From NCBI GenBank assembly GCA_951406725.2, contig OX597823.1, forward strand, positions 3,410,001 to 3,474,000: a stretch of DNA of 64,000 nt, in the 5' to 3' direction. Positions 41,241 through 53,581 of the stretch are shown here, in pieces. How positions within the stretch are numbered: position 1 is the stretch's first letter; every line of letters starts with the position of its first letter. The stretch is from Octopus vulgaris. Lineage: Eukaryota. The notes beneath the pieces were generated by a model. That model saw only the letters and a list, made by a program, of their open reading frames with translations, was not told the origin of the DNA and did no database searches. The translations under genes and the position numbers were made by a program.

Positions 41241-41368
41241 TAGGGACAGACAGACAGACAGGCAGACTATATATATATAGTTGAAATTTACAGAAAAACA
41301 AAAGATGAAGACAGGTGTATAAACAATAAAGCAAGTGTATTCGTTTGAAGCTCGGGAAGGTAAGAAAG

Positions 41369-41408
41369 TCTTTTAATGTTTCAAGCCTATGCTCTTCAAC
41401 AGAAAAGA
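41369..41408 (-). ncRNA. Degenerate hammerhead motif related to the 37256 copy
   Basis: Minus strand TCTTTT-CTGTTGA-A-GAGC-atag-GCTT-GAAA-CATT-AAAAGA. Confidence 0.45.
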
Positions 41409-42202
41409 ACACGAGAAAATAAACAGAGTGATATTAAAAAAAAAATTGTGGATTTAGTGGTCAATCATATATATATAGATATATACATACATGTGTGTGT
41501 GTGTGTGCAAGCACATGTGTAGCTGTCTGATATACAAGCTTGTCTCCCAACCATATGGTTCTAGGTTCAGTCCTGCTGCAGGGCACCTTAGACAAGTGTT
41601 TTCTACCATAACCCTGCACTGACCAAAGCCTTCTAAATGCATTTGGTAGGTGGAAACTGCGAGAAGCCCAGTGGGTCTTTTTATGTGGCACCAGCACTAG
41701 GGAGGTCACCAAGTACTTTCCAAGACTAAGAACCCCAAAACAGGCAGTTTTTATGGTAGGAGAGGAGGTGTTGAAGAATGAGAGTAGAACAGACATCTTG
41801 CTGCAGGGGAGCGAAATGGTTTTGCACATTTTAGAAGAGAGGATAAAGGAGATCGGAGAGGGTCAGACAAGAGTATGATGGAGCAGAGATTTCTATGGGT
41901 GGATGCCCTTCTTGTGGCCAACACCCCTTACTTGTTTCCAGATGAGGTAATAATATCCCATTCTATGAAATAATAAACAGTGGTGATGAAGTGTCCAGGT
42001 GGCAGGAGCAACGGTGGTGGGGGGGGGGAGAGGGAAATAGGCAACATCTGTTAGGACTGAGGGGAGGAGGTGCAAGAGGAGAGAAACAGGGGACAAAAGA
42101 TGATGAGGTTAGGGAGATATTAGCAGTACGGTGGTAACCATACTGTTGACAGGGGAAGGAGAGAGATAGACAGATAGCGCGCGAGAGAGAGAGAAAGAGA
42201 GC

Positions 42203-42243
<41 letters not shown>

Positions 42244-43079
42244 CATGAGAGAGAGAGAGAAATATGAGGTGTTTGGGTAGGTTGCAGGAGTGGAGAAAAA
42301 AGATAAAACAGGTGTGTTTATATGCATATATAGCGTTTGTGTGTGTGTATATATATATTAGTTATGCATTCATATGTGTACGTGTATACACACACACGCA
42401 CGTATGTATGCATGCACACACAAACCCCAACTATTGTGCAACTTTAAATCTGTCACACCTTTCCAATCGATGCAAGGTGTAAAACACACGAAAAAAGCCC
42501 CAACAGTCAATTCCACGATTGCAAAATATTGCCATGATGTACGGTGAGAGAGAGATGGATGCAGACAATACGCTTCCCTGTCATTGCAAACAAATATAAA
42601 TACTGCATAATCAATGCAAACGCTGCATTATGCATCGTCGCCAGATGCACAATCAATATCAACATGCAACATTGACTGCTCAAAACATTGCCAAAACAAA
42701 CCATCGCAGACACTGTGTGCACCACACACTCAAACCCCCACCCACCTCCCATCACGTGCATCTTCAATGCCGCAAAATGCAAATATAAAAAAAAAAACCA
42801 ACAAAAGTGTTTCTATGTAACCACTAAACCTACTAGAAATAGCAGCCAAATTTTCCTCATAGAGATGCAAGCATGACCATGTGGTGTTAAGTTTGTTTCT
42901 CAACCACATGGTTCCAAGTTTGGTCCCACCACATGGAACCTCAAGCGTCTTCTACTATAAACTCAGCCTGACCAAAGTCTTGGAAGTGAATTCAGTAGAC
43001 AAAAATTCAAAGAAGTTCGTATTGTGGGTGTGTTTGCGTATACGCACACACGCACACAGACGCATATATATATATATAT

Positions 43080-43460
43080 CATCATCATCATCGTTTAGCG
43101 TCCGCTTTCCATGCTAGCATGGGTTGGACGGGTCAACTGGGGTCTGTGAAGCTGGAAGGCTTCGTCAGGCCCAGTCAGATCTGGCAGTGTTTCTACGGCT
43201 GGATGCCCTTCCTAACGCCAACCACTCCGCGAGTGTAGTGGGTGCTTTTTATGTGCCACCGACACAGGTGCCAGATGAGGCTGGCGAACGGCCACGCTCG
43301 GATGGTGTTTTTTACGTGCCACCGGCACGGAGGCCAGGCAGGGCTGGCACGGCCACGATCGGATGGTGTTTGTTATGTGCCACCAGCACGGAGGCCAGTC
43401 GATGCGGTGCTGGCTATGGCCACATTCGGATGGTTCTCTTATGTGCTACCGGCACTGGTA
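43080..43460 (-). repeat. Family A copy with about four internal tandem ~55-60-bp units
   Basis: Repeated GGTGYTTTTTAYGTGCCACCRGCAC...GGCCACG.TCGGAT units after the core. Confidence 0.85.
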
Positions 43461-45189
43461 CCACAAACTACAAATTCCACTGATGTGGATCGATTTCGAT
43501 TTGATTTGATTCTTCGACGTAATTGACATATTTGTAGACATAAGTTGCATGAGAACATAGTTTTTGTAAATTTTTATTTTTATTTGTATTTTTTATCTTT
43601 ATTTTTTAATCTTTTTATTTGAATTAAACTATGGCTTGTGCAGTAGGGTCCGGCGAACCTATTTACACATGCTTATTTGTTTAAAAAATTAAAATATAGT
43701 TTTTAGTGTCAAACTATGATAAAGTGATGTAGAGGCCTGATGATTGGGGTTATATTTTAAGAAAGGTTCCAGCAAAACACAGCGTAGTTAAGGAACTGGG
43801 AAATGAACTTCAAGAAACACGTGTAGCCAAGATATAAGTAGTAAGTATTTAAATTAAATTAAAATTCTTTTATTTGGTGGGATGAAGGGGTCTACTATCT
43901 CTAAATGAATATACATACATATAAGAGTGTGTGTGTGTGTCCCACCACCACTTGACAACTGATGTTGATATGTTTACATCTCCGTAACTTAGCAGTTCAG
44001 CAATAGAAACCGACAGAATAAGTACCGGGCTTAAAAAGAAAATATAAGTTGATTCGATTGACTGAAATATTCTTCAAGGCAGTGCCCCAGCATGGCCGCA
44101 GTTTAATGACTGGAACAAGGATAAGATACAATGGAATCCCAGTGTTTTTGCCTGTAGTGCAGATTAAATAAAAGGGTGGTCGATGCCGGGACCACCGGAG
44201 TGACTTCCGTGCTGGTGACACATAAAAAGCACCATCTGAACATGGCCAATGCCAGTACCCCCAGACTGGCTCATGTGCCAGTGGCACATAAAAAGCACCA
44301 TCCAAACGTGACTGATGCCAAGTGCCACCTAACTGGCTCCTGTACCAGTGGCATGTAAAAGCACCCACTACACTCTCAGAGTGGTTGGCATTAGGAAGGG
44401 CATCCAGCTATAGAAACATTGCCAGATCAGACTGGAGCCTGGTGCAACCTCCTGACTTGCCAGTCCTCAGTCACACTGTCCAACCCATGCCAGCATCAAA
44501 AACGGATGTTAAACTGTGATGATGATGATGAATGGCCCAGAGCACTTGTGAGTTAAATGAGACAATGTTTCACAGTTAAAAACTTAGGAAATAAATAATG
44601 TAAAAACACATTTGTTTCCTTTGTTCAATGAATCATATTCTCTCCTCTTCATTTGCCAGCCCTGAATGGCATCAGCAATCATGGGCCTCCTTGTCAAAGT
44701 CTGATGATTCACAATTTTTATTGAGCAGCACTTCCGTTTGCCTTCTGCTGATTTATTTACAGTCTATTCTGCTAAGTCTCCTGCTTACTCTTAAGGCACA
44801 GAAGTGGTGTGTCTATTTAACCCTTACAAAACAGGAGGGGCCTGGTTGACATGACATCAGAGCATGGCCATGCACTGATAGTTTTGTATGACATGTGGCT
44901 AAAGGCCACTCCTCCTCCAAGTCCTGTATAGCTTAGCCACAAGACCACCTTCTGCTATTTAACTCATAACTGGGACCCTTGACAGAGACAACTCCTCTTG
45001 TCAAGAACAAATTGAAAAGTAACAGTGACTGAGGACAAACCTCATACTCTCAAAAACATCTTAACTACAAGATGCAGTTTAAAATCTTTTCATACCAACC
45101 CACATCAAACTAACCCTGGGTCTGTAATAAAAAATTCCTGAAAATTACTATTTGTAAATCTCACAACGTGAGATATTCAGCAACAGTGC

Positions 45190-45617
45190 TTTGGAGTAAA
45201 GATTATTTGCCAACATAACATGGCAGTACTGGTTTAGGATGAATGTTGCTGTAATTTAGCCCCAGGAAACACTGTCTCCGGCTGGTTATATGACACGATC
45301 TGTGTCCTTAGCACCCCCACTCAGCTCAAAACAATATCTGTGTATCACGATTTCTGGGTTATTTCTCTTCATCAGTACAGAGTAACTGTCCGGCTATAGG
45401 TGGCGCTTCCAAATTCCCATTTGAAATATATAGTTTTCACTTTGAAAACTAGGCACTGATCTATAAATTAGAAAATTACTATTTGTTCGAAATATATAAG
45501 GACACAGATCGTGTTATATAGAGAGCTGGAGACGATGTCTCCTGGGGCTAAATTACAGCAACATTCGTCCTAAACCAGGACTGCCATGTTATGTTGGCAA
45601 ACAATCTTTACTCCAAA
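45190..45617. mobile_element. Fold-back element (121-bp inverted arms) enclosing a minus-strand hammerhead motif; Penelope-like remnant
   Basis: Arms 45190-45310 and 45497-45617 are near-perfect reverse complements. At 45338-45380 (-) the sequence reads CTGTA-CTGATGA-AGAG-aaataa-CCCA-GAAA-TCGTGAT-A-CACAG. Confidence 0.7.
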
Positions 45618-46364
45618 AACTTCCTGTATTAATAGGATCTAAATAAAAACCTTCTATCAAAATTTTGTGTTAATTTATGTTCCCAAACATCATCTTAATG
45701 AAAAAAAGTTATTTTACTAATGACTTTATTATTTTCAAAATTAACAGAAACAAAGGTTGTGAATTTCAACAGAAATATGATAACAAAAGGGTTAAGCAAA
45801 CCTATGTACAAAGACATCCCAGCCATGACCATCCAGTCATTTTTATTTAACCACATTAAATCCCAGACTACATCATCCAATGATGGTAGAGTACGATTTA
45901 ACCCTTTTGATACCAACCCTCATGAGACTGCCCTTGGTTGTATAATAACACACTCCTTATTTTAAAGGAATCTAATTTAAAACCTTTCATCAAAATTTCA
46001 TGTTAATTCATAATCCAAACACCAGATTAATAATAAAATTATTTTACTAAATTCTTCATTGTTTTCAAAATTAAATAAATACAGTATCAACAGAAAGGGT
46101 AGAAAAAGGGTTGATGCTTTATTCAGGGCAACTAGGACAATACTAAGGATACTAGAGAAGAGTGAAATTAGTAAATGCTTAAAAATTAGATTTTCTATGG
46201 CTCCAAATTATGTATATTTAAAAATCCAGTGTACTTCAGTAGCCATTGCTGTGCACCATTGCAATGTGGTACCCCATTTCAGAACCAGTGCTCTGTCATC
46301 ATGAAAAGGAAGACACACTGGATGAAAGACTCCTAGATACTCAATGCCTAATAGGAGGATGATA

Positions 46365-46768
46365 CAGTTCTGTATTTAAGAGATTTAGGAATTATGTATA
46401 TTATTTACATCTGACGGATATTTGTCCTCATCTTGTTTGTTGTTAACACGTTTCGACTGATATACCCTCCAGCCTTCATCAGGTGTCTTGGGGAAATTTT
46501 GAACTTGGGTTCTCATTCCTAAGCTATTTTTCAATATTATTATTATTATTATTCAGGTCACTGCCTGGAATCGAACTCGGAATCTTGGGGTTAAGAGCGC
46601 AGGCTACTAACCCCAAGATTCCAAGTTCAATTCCAGGCAATTACCTGAATAATAATAATAACATCGAAAAATACGTTAGGAATGAGAAATTTCCCAAGAC
46701 ACCTGATGAAGGCTGGAGGGTATATCAGCCGAAACATTGTGTTAACAACAAGATGAGGACAAATATTC
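46365..46768. mobile_element. Head-to-head palindromic dimer of a tRNA-headed, hammerhead-containing element
   Basis: Inverted arms ~46418-46593 and 46608-46766, each with a B-box (GAGTTCGATTCC / AAGTTCAATTCC), (AAT)n and a hammerhead (46445-46487 on -, 46698-46743 on +). Confidence 0.8.
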
Positions 46769-48419
46769 ATATGTAGTTCAAATTGGTTTCTATGTCTGGA
46801 TGCCCTTTCTAATGCCAACCATTTAACAGTGTCCTGGGTACTTTTTAAATGGCACCAACACTAGTGGGGTCACCAAATAACTTGGAAAATAAGACCCCTC
46901 AATTAAAGGCAGGGGAAGTAGTACTGAAAAGGGGTGGCTTTGTGCCAGATGTTGAGAAGTATGATAGCGGGACAGGAACAGGTGTCTTGCTGTAGAGGGG
47001 ATGCATGGCTAACCCAGTTGGAAAAGGAGGAAAGGTGGTGAAGAGGTAGCAGGGCCTACCCTCAAGTTACAGGAAAGTGAACGAACAAAGTGGTCCAGAG
47101 AACTGGACAGAGTGAACGAGAAGGTAAGTTTGTGAGTGTGAAAGAAGAATGACAGACAGATAGAAACGAAGGCAGTGAATGGTGGCCCTTTTTTTTTATT
47201 AGTTTGCTCTGAAGAAAGAGGCTGTGTCCATAGTGTTCAGTTTGACTCCTGGGGCTCAACAAAAACATAAGGAGTCATCACAGAAAGTTTCTATGGCTTT
47301 CTGTGAGGACTCTTTAACATCTGAACACCAGTGTGGTCATGACTGTTCCATCTATTTTTCTGGTATGTCCAGAAGTCATGCAGTATACTCAACCACTTTT
47401 AAGATGGCAGACTCAGGTGTGAGAGGGTGATAGCTGACTGCTATTTTTAACCAGACAAGCAACTGCATAGAGGCGTCAAACAACATGAAGAACCAGTGAG
47501 AGAGTTTCCATGTGGTTACATGACCTCCTCAATATAGAAGTATTTAAATGCTTCTACAGCTGAGTGGAGATGGGGAGGCACTAACAGGAAAATGAACACA
47601 ATGAACTGAGTTCAAATATGCACTACACCAACACACACACACACACACACACATGCATGTGAACATGGAAATCATATGTGGATTACTTGACCTGTTTAGA
47701 ATAGCAGCCTAAAATCTCCCTCAAACCCACAACTTCTCCTCAAATAAATACATAAACACGTTAGAAGGGACACATTAGGTAATGCAGTCCCAGATACACA
47801 ATGTCTGAATAAAAGATGGGGGTGGTCACAGGCTTCATGACAGAGTCGATCAATTAGAAATAACCCGGGGCTAAACACCCCCAAACCTTGCAGGTAAGTC
47901 AATTAATGATACACACTAAATATAGTTACATATTTAGTTTTAAGGAAGGTTAAGTTGGAGGAAAAATGCTTTGCTCGATGTAATGTGAGAAAATATTTGG
48001 CAATAACTTTCACCTTCTGACATGTTGCATAGTAACCTAGTTCAGCATTTTAACCTCATAAATATCTATTTATCTGTATCTGAATATCCGTCGAGTTCTA
48101 TAAATGAGATTGTTAAAGTACATTAAACATGGTTTCTTATTCATTCGCTCAGTCAATAGCAAGAGGGGTCGGGACTGTGGCAATAACTTCTACAGGTCTT
48201 ACGAGACGAGGGAGATCAATACGTATGGAAGTTTGAATCATCATCATCATCATCAGCAGCAGCATTGTCTTCATGGCTTCACATCTACTTTTCCATGTTT
48301 GCATGGCTGAGACAGAACTATGTTGAGTAGAGGTTTTCTATGGCCAGATGCCCTTTCTGTCCCCAATAGCACTTACTTTGTTTTCAAGGGAGGTAATAAT
48401 CTCCCAGTTTATCAAATAA

Positions 48420-48799
48420 CTAGCAGTATCGCCCAGCATTGCTCAGGTTTGTTTCGACCCTTTAGAATTGGAATTTTTGGAAAGTAAGAATTTTGCATTA
48501 TGTAGCTCTTCAAGTGAATGTTTTTCTGGTTGAAATACACCGAAAAATGGCAACACAGCAGTAAAAAAATCGTAAAAAAATAGGGATTTTCATAGAAAAA
48601 AAGCACCTTTTTGGTGTAAATAATTTTTGGTGTTAACATGGTCCAATTTGAATTTTTTCTTCTACGGAAGGAAGAGCAAGCCTTCTTCTATCATACTCTC
48701 AATTTTGGTCAACTTGCGCCACAAGGTCTCGGAGGAAATAGTGTTCGTTGAAGGCTACCAAACCTGCCATACACAGACAACTTTAGCTTTATATATAGA
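48420..48799 (-). mobile_element. Non-autonomous Helitron
   Basis: Minus strand A|TCTATATATAAAG...CCTGAGCAATGCTGGG (degenerate hairpin) CGATACTGCTAG|T: 5' TC, 3' CTAG, inserted between A and T, no TSD. Confidence 0.8.
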
Positions 48800-49281
48800 T
48801 AGCGATAAACAGCCTAGACAAGCTTACATAGTGAACTGCAAGCAATTGAGTGTTTATGAAATGATTGTTTACAGCTTTGCAAATACAGTCTTCCATTGTG
48901 TCACATAAAAAAAAAAGCACCCATACTGGCACCCCGTAAAAGAGCACCCAGTGCACTCTGTAGAGTGGTTGGCGTTAGGAAAAGAATCCAGTTGTAGAAA
49001 CCATGCCAAAACAGACAACAGGGGCCTGGTGCAGCCCTCTGGCTTGCCAGCTCCTGTCAAACCATACAACCCATGCTAGCATGGAAGACGGATGTTAAAT
49101 GATGACAAGATACATATATATCATCATCATCATCGTTTATCGTCCGCTTTCCATGCTGGCATGGGTTGGACGATTTTGACTGAGGGCTGGTGAACCAAAT
49201 GGCTTCACCAGGCTCCAATCTGATCTGGCAGAGTTTCTACAGCTGGATGCCCTTCCTAACGCCAACCACTCTGAGAGTGTA

Positions 49282-49331
<50 letters not shown>

Positions 49332-49882
49332 CTTGTTTCAGTCATTAGACTGTGGCCATGCTGGAGCAGTGCATGCCCCAAAGAAATTTTTTTTAGCTGA
49401 ACGAAATGACCCCAGTATTTACTTTTTTAAAGCCTAACACTTATTCTATCAGTCACTTTTGCCAAACCACAAAGTTATGGGGGCATAAACATACCAATAC
49501 CAGTTGCAAAGCATAGTGGGACACACACACACACATTATATATGATGGGCTTTTTTCAGTTTCTGTCTACCAAATCCATTCGCAAGGCTTGGGCCGAAGT
49601 TATAGTAGAAGACACTTTCTCAAGATGCCATAGTGTTACAGATCCTGGAAGCATGTGGTTGGGGAGCAAATGTCCGACCACACAGTCACGCTTGCGCCTA
49701 CGAGAGGAAATTTAAAGGAAAAATACCCAACTTTCTTTTGGCTTGATATATAGAGACACTGAGTAAAGCTTATGAAACCCTGGACATTACAAGGAAAGAG
49801 CAGAAGAGCCATCAAGAAGATAGGCTGCTAAGAAAGCCACTAGATGGCTCTGGCTGAAAAGAGGTGACTTATAGTGTCAGTA

Positions 49883-50277
49883 CAGGGGCCAGATTAAGAC
49901 CCATCAAGGCCCTGAGCACTTAAAAGATTTTGGTGCCCCCATAAAAGATTATGTAATTCAAAATATAAGCAATAATGAAACAAAACAGTAAAAGGGAAAT
50001 AATGTTCATTTTAGTCTCCTTCCACTTTATTTAGATTTGCAAAGTTTCCTCCTACTTTTTTGAATTGCAAAGTCTTTGATCAGATCCTCAAAATTAATCT
50101 TAGGTAAAACATTTGCATCTATACTTAGTAGAAATAAAGGCATCCCGAATATTATTTTAGAAAGTTTAAAGGGATTTCTTTTGGCGCTGTAAACCCGTTA
50201 CCATTTCTGTGGAGCTCCCTTTTTTCCTTGATGCCTTAAGCAGGAACTTATTTTGCTTAATGGTTAATCCCGCATTG
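49883..50277 (-). mobile_element. Non-autonomous hAT element with a transposase C-terminal remnant
   Basis: TIRs CAGGGGCCAGATTAA / TTAATCCCGCATTG; 8-bp TSD TGTCAGTA / CATCAGTA. Minus strand LLSIDANVLPKINFEDLIKDFAIQKSRRK (hAT dimerisation-domain end) at ~50026-50135. Confidence 0.75.
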
Positions 50278-50301
50278 CATCAGTAGCAGATCCAGGCAGA
50301 T

Positions 50302-50515
50302 CCCTTTAGCATTTAAACCGGCCATATCCAGCCTAAATATTTTACCTCTTTTATGTTCAAAACCAGTCAGATCTCTTACACCTATCCTACAATATCAATC
50401 CCAACGTAGAGTCACATCATAGAAATCTCAAAGCTATGAGAGAATGCATGATTAATTCAATACAATGTGAAAAAATAAGCATCACATTTGGTAGAATAAT
50501 CTGAATACTAAAGGG
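50302..50515. mobile_element. piggyBac-like MITE (CCCTTT...AAAGGG-TTAA); related termini near 7.9/8.4, 23.8, 24.9, 39.8 and 45.8-45.9 kb
   Basis: CCCTTTAGCATTTA / TGAATACTAAAGGG followed by TTAA. Confidence 0.6.
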
Positions 50516-51261
50516 TTAATCAACATAGGTCAAATCATCTGGATGAGGATGTAAGTTGTAAGAACAACTAATGATCCTAGGATACAACATGGACGATGTG
50601 ACAAAGTATCGCAGCCGTAACTGAATGTGGAACGCATCACTATTGAAGCATATTTGCATAGTCTCTTCAGCGATGCATTGTAGATCTAGATTGCTATGTA
50701 GATGACATCTGTGACAAGAATATCAAGAGTAAAAGGTAACATTATCTGTAAAAGGGGTGTCTGACATTAGAACTTACAGTGAGAGAATCATTAACTCTGT
50801 ATTATAACAGTACTGCATGACACAGCATCAGGTAGCCAGTTGTGAAAGGCATGATATCACAGTAATCCTACTAACCTTGCTTACATTCATTTTTAAAAAC
50901 ATGAGGAACTTACTAATGTAACGAAGAAAACTAATCCTCCTTCTGCCATTTCTTTCTGTTCTGTAACGGAAATATTACAGGAGAGGGCAGCTAACTTGAA
51001 AAATTTTCAATAGAAGGTGAAGGGTTATTATATTGAAGGAAGACTGTGGTAGATATTTGCCAGACTTTTGAATACACCAGAGATAGCCCCATCAATATGT
51101 CAATGAACTGGTTTGATAGGAAGCTTTCAGTCCAAAACATGGGAGAGAGAGAGCAAACCCAGTGAAGATTGACTTATCCAGACACAGTGCTGCTTCTGGT
51201 TGTTGTTGTTGTCGTTTAGGCAGAGGTCAGCCCTGGTCAAGCAAACTTGTATTCAAATACA

Positions 51262-51516
51262 TTGAGAATTCATGGAAGAATTCATGCGCACGTGCGGGCA
51301 GCTGAAGACCTGGGTTACGACGATCAAGGAGGGCCTCTCCGTGCTCACGGGACCGCAAGTGGTTGGCCTGCACCGATGGAACCGTGACTGGCTCGCTATC
51401 TCCAGTGAACTGGCACAGGACCGTCGTGCGTGGGCTGCCATGGTTTAAAATGCCTTGAGGGTGGTGGAAGAAGCAGACTCAACCCACCCAGGGTGAATGT
51501 CGCCACAAGTAAGTAA
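51262..51516 (+). mobile_element. 5'-truncated RTE-clade LINE with (TAAG)n tail and 13-bp TSD
   Basis: Reads GQLKTWVTTIKEGLSVLTGPQVVGLHRWNRDWLAISSELAQDRRAWAAMV. TSD GTATTCAAATACA at 51249-51261 and 51517-51529. Confidence 0.85.
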
Positions 51517-52757
51517 GTATTCAAATACACTCCAGTTGTGAACATCCAAAATGTTTTTTCTCCTTTCGCTTACTGTATCTAGAACTACATCAACCAAGGT
51601 CTCTTTCTTTTGTTTTTTAAGGATCTGAGGGACATTCAGCTGCTATTTCTTGCAGGTCAAACAACCAGAGAGAGACTCTTTTGCTGGCGTATAAGCCAGA
51701 CATAACTGAAAGTTTCGTGAATGTCAAAAACAAGAACATGGCTTTCACAAAAATTCTCAAAATGAAGAGTTAACAGGTTCGTGATATAAAGGTGAGAAAG
51801 ATCTTCAATAGAACTGGCATTACAGAAACATGATTGATGGTGACTAAAGAAGCCAAAAGAAGACTGAAGAAAGGTGGAGGCGGCAGTGGTGGTGGTGATG
51901 ATTTACAACAGTATCCTTTGTTGTTGTTGTTATCAGAAAAGGACAAGCAATCAGTCTGGAGTTGGCAAGGTCAGTGATGTTGCCCCTCTTCATAATGGAA
52001 CACACAACCTGAACACAGAGATGATTTAGGGACAAAGTTAAATATAGTCTTCAGTCCATCAGCCTCTTGCCCCTGACAGCTCTCTCCCCCGCTCCGTCTC
52101 TCATCTACCAAAATATTGATTTCTGACATTGGCATAAGGCCACAATTCTTTCTCTCTTTTTTTTTTCTGGAGGGGGGTGCAGAGGGTAAATCAATTCAAT
52201 CACCCCCCACCCCCACACCCTGACTATCCATTGAAAATAGTAATGAATAAATTGGAAGGGAAGAAAAGCGAATTAAACATTGGGCTATTATCAACAGATG
52301 TGTATATGAGTGGTTAATTCGTGTGTGTGTGTGTGTGTGTGTTTAAATAGACAGGCAGAAGAGAGAGCAGAGAAATAGAGAGAGAGAGACAAACAGCCAG
52401 AGAAAGTGAGAGAGGGGGAAAGGGGGGGGGTTAACATATGTAAACGATAATAATGACTGACTGACTGTCCATCAACCAAAGCAGAATGGGATTGATGTGA
52501 TGAGAACAACAACAACAACAACAACAACAGGTTGTAAGCTTTATTCTTGGTTCAATATTAATCAGCTCCGACTCCAATCAATCAACTCAGAAGCAGCAGA
52601 CTGCCAGAGATTGGAGTCAATAGTTGCCACTTGACCTGTTTGTATAATTAATCCTCCACATAACTCCCTCAAACCTGCTCAAACAACAACAACAACAACA
52701 ACAAGTAAATCTTCTTTCAAACAAATCCTGGCCATTTAAAAATGCAGGTAAAGGGCA

Positions 52758-52788
<31 letters not shown>

Positions 52789-52917
52789 CCCCACGTGTTC
52801 AATGTCTTCATTTTGAGAACCAATGAAAACCAACAGGGGAGGAACGAGGTTCTCTTCACGCAAAATCATTTTTATCATTTTACTTATCCAAATCACTTTT
52901 GTAAATTTGTCTCGAGC

Positions 52918-53205
52918 ATGAGTGTTACCAATGTCGCCTTACTGGCACCTGTGCTGGGGGTATGTGTAAAGAGATTCGAGCGAGGTCATTGCCAGTACTG
53001 CCTGACTGGCCCCCGTGCCGGTGGCACGTAAAAAGCTCCCACTACACTCCCAGAGTGGTTGGCGTTAGGAAGGGCATCCAGCTGTAGAAATCTGCCAGAT
53101 CAAGATTGGAGCCTGGTGCAGCCATCTGGTTCGCCAGCCCTCAGTCAAAATCGTCCAACCCATGCTAGCATGGAAAGCAGACGTTAAACGATGATGATGA
53201 TGATG
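52918..53205 (+). repeat. Family A copy, same subfamily as 875-1150
   Basis: Near-identical to 875-1150 over ~275 bp. Confidence 0.9.
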
Positions 53206-53340
53206 ATCCACATTCGTTTCCAGACTTTTAGTTCACCCTTGTTTCATATGTTCGAAGTAATATAAAACTTTCTTCTCATAAATCCCAAGTTATTCTAATG
53301 ATTGAAAAAAAAAAAAATTGGGAAATTGTACCATATACAT

Positions 53341-53581
53341 CGGTTGTTCTCAACTGGGGTCCATATGGCCTTTGATAGTCCCAATAAGACTTTGTTGTTA
53401 AAATTTATTAGCAATAAATTAATTAGATTTCTATAAAACACAAAATATTTTAACCATTTTTTTTTATAGAATTCCCCATAGCAATTCTAAAAATATGATA
53501 GGATTTTTAAACATTGAATGGCTATGAGGGTCCATCCAAGTAAAACTGGAATCAAAGGTAAGAAACGGTCGAGAACCACTG
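53341..53581. mobile_element. hAT/Charlie-like MITE
   Basis: Ends CGGTTGTTCTCAAC ... GTCGAGAACCACTG resemble the CAGTGGTTCTCAAC terminus. Confidence 0.6.

Noticed and set aside
43735-43775. GGCCTGATGATTGGGG...TTTTAAGAAAGG as another hammerhead
   Set aside because: Stem II relies mostly on G-U pairs, and no stem I or stem III pairing can be drawn.
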